Source: Lama glama (Eukaryota). From it: a stretch of DNA of 64,000 bases. Positions 59,626-64,000 of the stretch are shown one piece after another (the first letter of the stretch is position 1; every line of letters starts with the position of its first letter). The notes under the pieces were generated by a model, which did not search any database, was not told the origin of the DNA, and was given only the letters and a program-made list of their open reading frames with translations. The position numbers and the translations under genes were made by a program. The stretch lies in NCBI GenBank assembly GCA_028534125.1, contig CM052850.1:26164001-26228000 (forward strand), written 5' to 3'.

Positions 59626-61344
59626 CAGTACCCGGGCTGCACGCCCCCACCTTCTGGCCCCTGTCAGGAGGTGGTTTGCGCCTCCCCTGGCCCCGAGGGC
59701 CATCCGTGCACACCAGCTCTGTGAGCCAGTGATGAGAACGGCCTACCCGCTACAGCATCACGGCGCTGAGGCCCTTTATCAGCCCGAGGCCCAGGCAGGC
59801 CGGGACGGATGGTCTCCAAGCCCACTTGTGTCTCCTGCTCCAACTGGGCCGTTTATTCTCGCTGGAGCTAGGTGTCCTCCAGCCTTCCGGCAAGACCAAT
59901 TTGGCGCCGTCACTTCTGCCTGAGATGAAGTCTGCCTCCCACGGGGTCCCCAGGTACACGCAGCCCCCTCCACCTGGAGGGTCCTGCCCAAAGCTCCTCT
60001 CCACCTCAGGAATCCTGCCCTGCTCTCCCTGAGTCTGGGGGCAATGCCCTCCTGCACCACCATGACACAGTTCCCCCCATTGCACAGCTGCTCGTGTGTC
60101 TGCTGGTTCTCCCAGGAGGTGAGGGACCCCTTGAGGTAGTGTGGCCCTGGCTTCCTGACCCCACCATGCCCTGGGGTAAAAGGACCCAGGACCCACATTC
60201 AGGCTCTGCCAAGAGTACTTCACTGTGTTTGCTGTTGAATGAGTGGCTGACGGAATGGCATCCTCACCGCAAAAAACAAAACCACCTGTTCCCCACTTGC
60301 GCTTCAGTATCCCCCAAACCCCGCCCCCAGGGGCAATCAGAGGGCACGAGGCACCAGGTGGGAGGGTGTGCCTGGAGGTGGGGTCCCTCATCCTCTGGGC
60401 TTCCTGGATACTCCTTTGTCCTCTCTGTCCCCTAGTCTGTCCACAGGGTGGCCAGGGGAACTCCCTCCATCCTGGGTCAGTGACCCTCAACAGAGGGTGC
60501 AGAGAAGCCCATGCTGCCCTGGCTCTGGGGAGGGAGGGGGGTTCATCATACAGGTGGACAGACCTCGGAGCTCGCCAGGCCCCGCACTGATTTCACAGAA
60601 AGGAAACTGAGCCCAGCAGGGTTGGGGATGCCATGTTTAGGCCCGGCTCTCTGCTGTACCCACCAGGGCCCCATCTCAGTTCCGTGCCAAGGCATCACCC
60701 CAGGGGTCCAAAGGGGACCGTGGCCCCAAGAGGCCTTTTCCTGCCAAGAGGTCCCAGGTTGCTCAGGGCCAGTGAGCCTGCTCAGCAGAGGTCTGATGGG
60801 TCACCTCACCTTCCCTCCTGCCCACGGGGCTGGTCTGTGAGCAGCCACGAGGTGGGATAGAGACAGAGCCGGGTCTGCCCTGATGCCGTGGGAGAGAAGG
60901 GCTTTCTGGACGCCCACTCTTCCCTGCCCTGCCCGGGCACTCATGAGACAATGGGTGGCAAGAAAGACTGGAAGCAACGCTTGGTCCCCCCAAGTCGGCC
61001 CACCCACACCTCTTGTGTAAGGTCCTGTGGACTCTCAGGGCTGGGTCTCAAACACTCACCGGCCGGGCTGGGCTGCCTGTAGGACAACAGTGCTGTGTCA
61101 CCTCCCGCCTGCTCAGGGCACTTTACCCGCGTCCCCCACGGAATCCGCATGCCAGCCTTGTGTGGCTGTTCTCCAACCCAGGGCCCAGAGAGGGGCTGTA
61201 ACTAGCCGAGACAAACAGCGTGTAGATGGTGGGGCTGGGTTCACACCAGGCTGCTTGCTGCACAATCCCAACAATTCGATTGGGATTACGATTTGGCCAG
61301 AAAGAGGACTGAAGTCCCCATTCACACTACGATGTGGGTGAGGT

Positions 61345-61608
61345 CTGAAAACATCACAGCGAGCGAGGAATCAGGCACAGAACTGCACGATCAAGGATCC
61401 CATTTGTGTGAACCGTCCAGAACAGGCGGATCCAAGAGACAGGAAGGGGGGAGGTGACTGCTGAGGGGCCCAGGGAGATGAAAATGTTCTAAAATTAGCC
61501 AGTAATGATGGTTGCGCAGCTCTGAACAGACTGAAAACCACTGAAATTGTACACGTTAAATGGGTGAACCGTATGTTACGTGAGTTCTCACATGATAGCT
61601 GTTTTAAA
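61345..61608 (+). mobile_element. L1MB/L1MC-like LINE-1 3' end
   Basis: gatcccatttgtgtgaaccgtccagaacaggc...gatgaaaatgttctaaaattag...aaaaccactgaaattgtacacgttaaatgggtgaa. Confidence 0.75.
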
Positions 61609-61899
61609 ATCAGAGCCGACCGGGAACTCAGGCACCTTCTGAACCGCACACTTTCCCCTCTCCCGGGGAGAAGGGGCCGGCAGAGGGCGGGGTGGCGGGG
61701 GTGTCCTCGGGCGGGCGTGGGGGCAGCAGTGGTTGGAGGCGCTGGGGGACGGGGCAGTGCCGCAGGGCCTGTGCGGAGGGGCAGGGCTGAGGGGCGCAGG
61801 CGTGTGGGAGGAAGACCTAAAATAACTCCAAGAACCTGAAACTCCGGGGAGAAGTTGAGGGCGGTGTGGTCACTGCGAATGGGGAACTGCTTGTGGAGG

Positions 61900-62350
61900 G
61901 AAAGGAGAACTTCTATCCGGGGACGCAGGGCGAAGCCGGGCCGGGTGGGGGGCGGCAGCGGAGGAGGAGAAAGGGTTTTCACTTGGAAACACTCACGTTC
62001 TCAACTTCTTGGGCACTGCGTGCTTGTTTGTGGAAGGACCCCCTAAGGCCTGGGGACCCCCGGAGACCCCAGCGCAGTCACTCCCCACCGCCGCCGCCGC
62101 CGCCTTTGGAGGGCTCCAGCGAGTCCAGGCAGAGCCGGCCCCGCCCCCGGAGCCGGAGCCCCGCCCCCGCAAGGAGCCCCGCCCCCACACGGAGCCCCGC
62201 CTCCACACACGGAGCCCCGCCAGGTGCTCATTGGTGAGCTGACTGACCGCGCTGCCCCGGGCTGGCGGTGCTTGGTCTCTGGTCTGCGCCCCAGCAGGCA
62301 GTGGACGACGCAGCCCGAGGGGTCCGGGCCACTTCTGCTGATAAAGGGGT
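61900..62350. promoter_or_regulatory. Small CpG-rich promoter-like element with tandem GC boxes, CCAAT and GATA
   Basis: (CCG)n at ~62088-62104, five GC boxes at 62137-62221, ATTGG at 62230-62234, TGATAA at 62339-62344. Confidence 0.5.
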
Positions 62351-63299
62351 CCGGGTCACTCACCCATCACTTTACTTGCAGCCGCTCCAGGCGGAGCAGG
62401 CTCTGTGCCGGTGTCGAGGGCACACAGTAGGCGCTGTGACCACTGATGAACGTTGACGGATAGGGGCGCCATCCGTCCTGGGAGCGGACTTAAGAGTCAC
62501 CTTGGCAGGTGGTGGTGGGTTTGCTGGGAGGGATGCGGCCTGGAAGGGGTGTGGGAAGCGCAGGGTCTGAGAGGAGGCTGGTGAGCTGGGGCAGCGCACG
62601 GGGTCGTCATGTGGGGGCAGCACCCAGCCCTTAGGGGCCTGGAGGTCTTGAAGGGAAGGTGAAGAGAGGCAGGAGGGGGCATGGACACGTCACCCCTGTT
62701 AAGTTCAGGTCCAGGAGAGAATGCTCCAGAAGTGGATGGACACGGTGCAGTGACCGTCAGAGGCAAGGAAGGGGTGCAGGAGAGAGAAGTCGGGGGACCC
62801 TGGGTCTCCTCTCTCCTCCAAGCAGTTTGGAAAGATGACTGAGAGAAAACGGAAAGAGAGAAGCCAGCCTTTCGGGGGTGGGGAAGGCTGGATCTTTATT
62901 TAAAAGGACCAGTCAAATTCTAACAAGCATGAGTATGTTCTCTTGGAAGATGTTGGATAGATGCCTGCAGGGGTGAGAGAAGAGCCTTCGGGACCCCAGC
63001 CACCACTCCCACCCTCTGCTCTCGGGAGGCCCTGTGGATGAGGGACACAGCAGTGGTTTCTTAGCACTGGGCTGTGGGCGGTGTGCTCACCTCCCCCACA
63101 TTCAGTTGTGAACCCTCATGATGCCAGGGCCGGGTGGCGGGGTCTTGGGTGCAGGAGGCTGTTTGAAAACAGCAGAGAAGGTGTGAAATTGGAAGCCAGA
63201 AAGTCCTGGTTTGGGAAGGTGGTAAGGACTGGAACCCCATCGTGGACGTAAACAGAAGTCTAATGATTTGGCTTCTACAGAAGCCTCATTTTTCCTTAT

Positions 63300-63586
63300 A
63301 GGAAGGGGGTGGCCCAGTTTCTGTCCTCTGTGCCTTCTCTCTTCTGCTTTCTTCCTGCTTGGAAGGCAGATGTGATGCCTGGACGTGGCACAGCCACTTT
63401 GCAGCTAGGAAGCCACAAGTAAGAGGACAGTGGAAGAGAAAGAGCGAAAAAAGCCTGCGTGCCAAATGCTGCTGCGCCAGCCTGAACCACTCGCCTCCAA
63501 GCTTTTGTTACATGGACAAAGACAGACAAACCCTGCTTATTCTGCAGTTAGGTTTTCTGCAGCTGCAGGCAATCCTGCTGGAGACA
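63300..63586 (+). mobile_element. MaLR LTR fragment (MLT1J/K-like)
   Basis: cttcctgcttggaaggcagatgtgatgcctgga..cagccactttgc and the 3' end ttaggttttctgcagctgcagg..aatcctgctggagaca. Confidence 0.6.
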
Positions 63587-63609
63587 TGAAGGTTCAAATC
63601 CTTCATGAA

Positions 63610-63760
63610 CAGGGCTGCCAGATTTAGGAAATAGAAATACAGATGCTCGGTTAAATTTGAATTTCAGATGAACAGTGAATAAGTTTTAGTATAAGTGTGT
63701 CCTAGGTGACATTTGCGACACACTTGTACAAAAATATTGTTTACCTGAAATTTGACTTTT
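63610..63760 (+). mobile_element. MER53 palindromic hAT MITE, one arm truncated
   Basis: CAGGGCTGCCAGATTTAGGAAATAGAAATACAGATGCTCGGTTAAATTTGAATTTCAGATGAACA... matches the MER53 left arm, with internal inverted symmetry. Confidence 0.8.
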
Positions 63761-64000
63761 CATGGATGAAGTAACAGAACCCAGAGAGGTGACACATCTT
63801 GCCCAAGGGCTTGTCCGAGCAAGCGGTGGGGCGCAGGCTGGGTCCTGGGGCTCTGGGGCCCCCCTTATTTTCCTCCTGCTCTAGTGCCTCCAGTACTTCC
63901 TAACACCTGCCGTGATGGGCGCCCAAAGGGGTCTCGGAAAACCCACGAGGCTCGTCGCCAGGACAGAGCAGTCCCAGCTGAGGCCGGTCGGAAGACAGGA

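Overview
GC-rich mammalian genomic DNA, not a prokaryotic or accessory region. Two tRNA-Ala-derived SINEs resembling camelid Vic-1 suggest a camelid, which is an inference. The window holds most of one gene on the minus strand: CBFA2T3 (MTG16/ETO2), the ETO-family corepressor. I reconstructed coding exons 2-12 between 23877 and 5401, all with GT-AG boundaries and consistent phases. They encode NHR1/TAFH, NHR2, NHR3 and the MYND finger. From the exon-2 ATG at 23851 the protein is 564 aa without cassette exon 3 (MTG16b-like) and 590 aa with it. A ~1.8 kb 3'UTR ends at AATAAA 3588-3593, and a CpG-island promoter at ~52.7-54.0 kb is the likely short-isoform promoter. The long-isoform first coding exon (1a) is not in the window. 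The rest is intronic: ancient repeats (MIR, L2, L1M, MLT1, MER5/MER53), simple and tandem repeats, and a 204-N gap. The most notable observations are: (1) a locus-wide AT->GC sweep that appears to have changed normally invariant TAFH/NHR2/NHR3 residues and GC-shifted old L1 copies; (2) loss of the ancestral exon-2 acceptor (AG->AC) with an in-frame backup 6 nt downstream; (3) an exact E-box-N9-GATA-RUNX composite in intron 3; (4) candidate additional first exons; (5) a motif-dense 3'UTR with a 53-bp Z-forming tract. I see no evidence for a wholly new multi-gene system. The hundreds of other ORFs are best explained as GC-content artefacts. Human/paralog protein comparisons and repeat-family assignments are from memory and need alignment.
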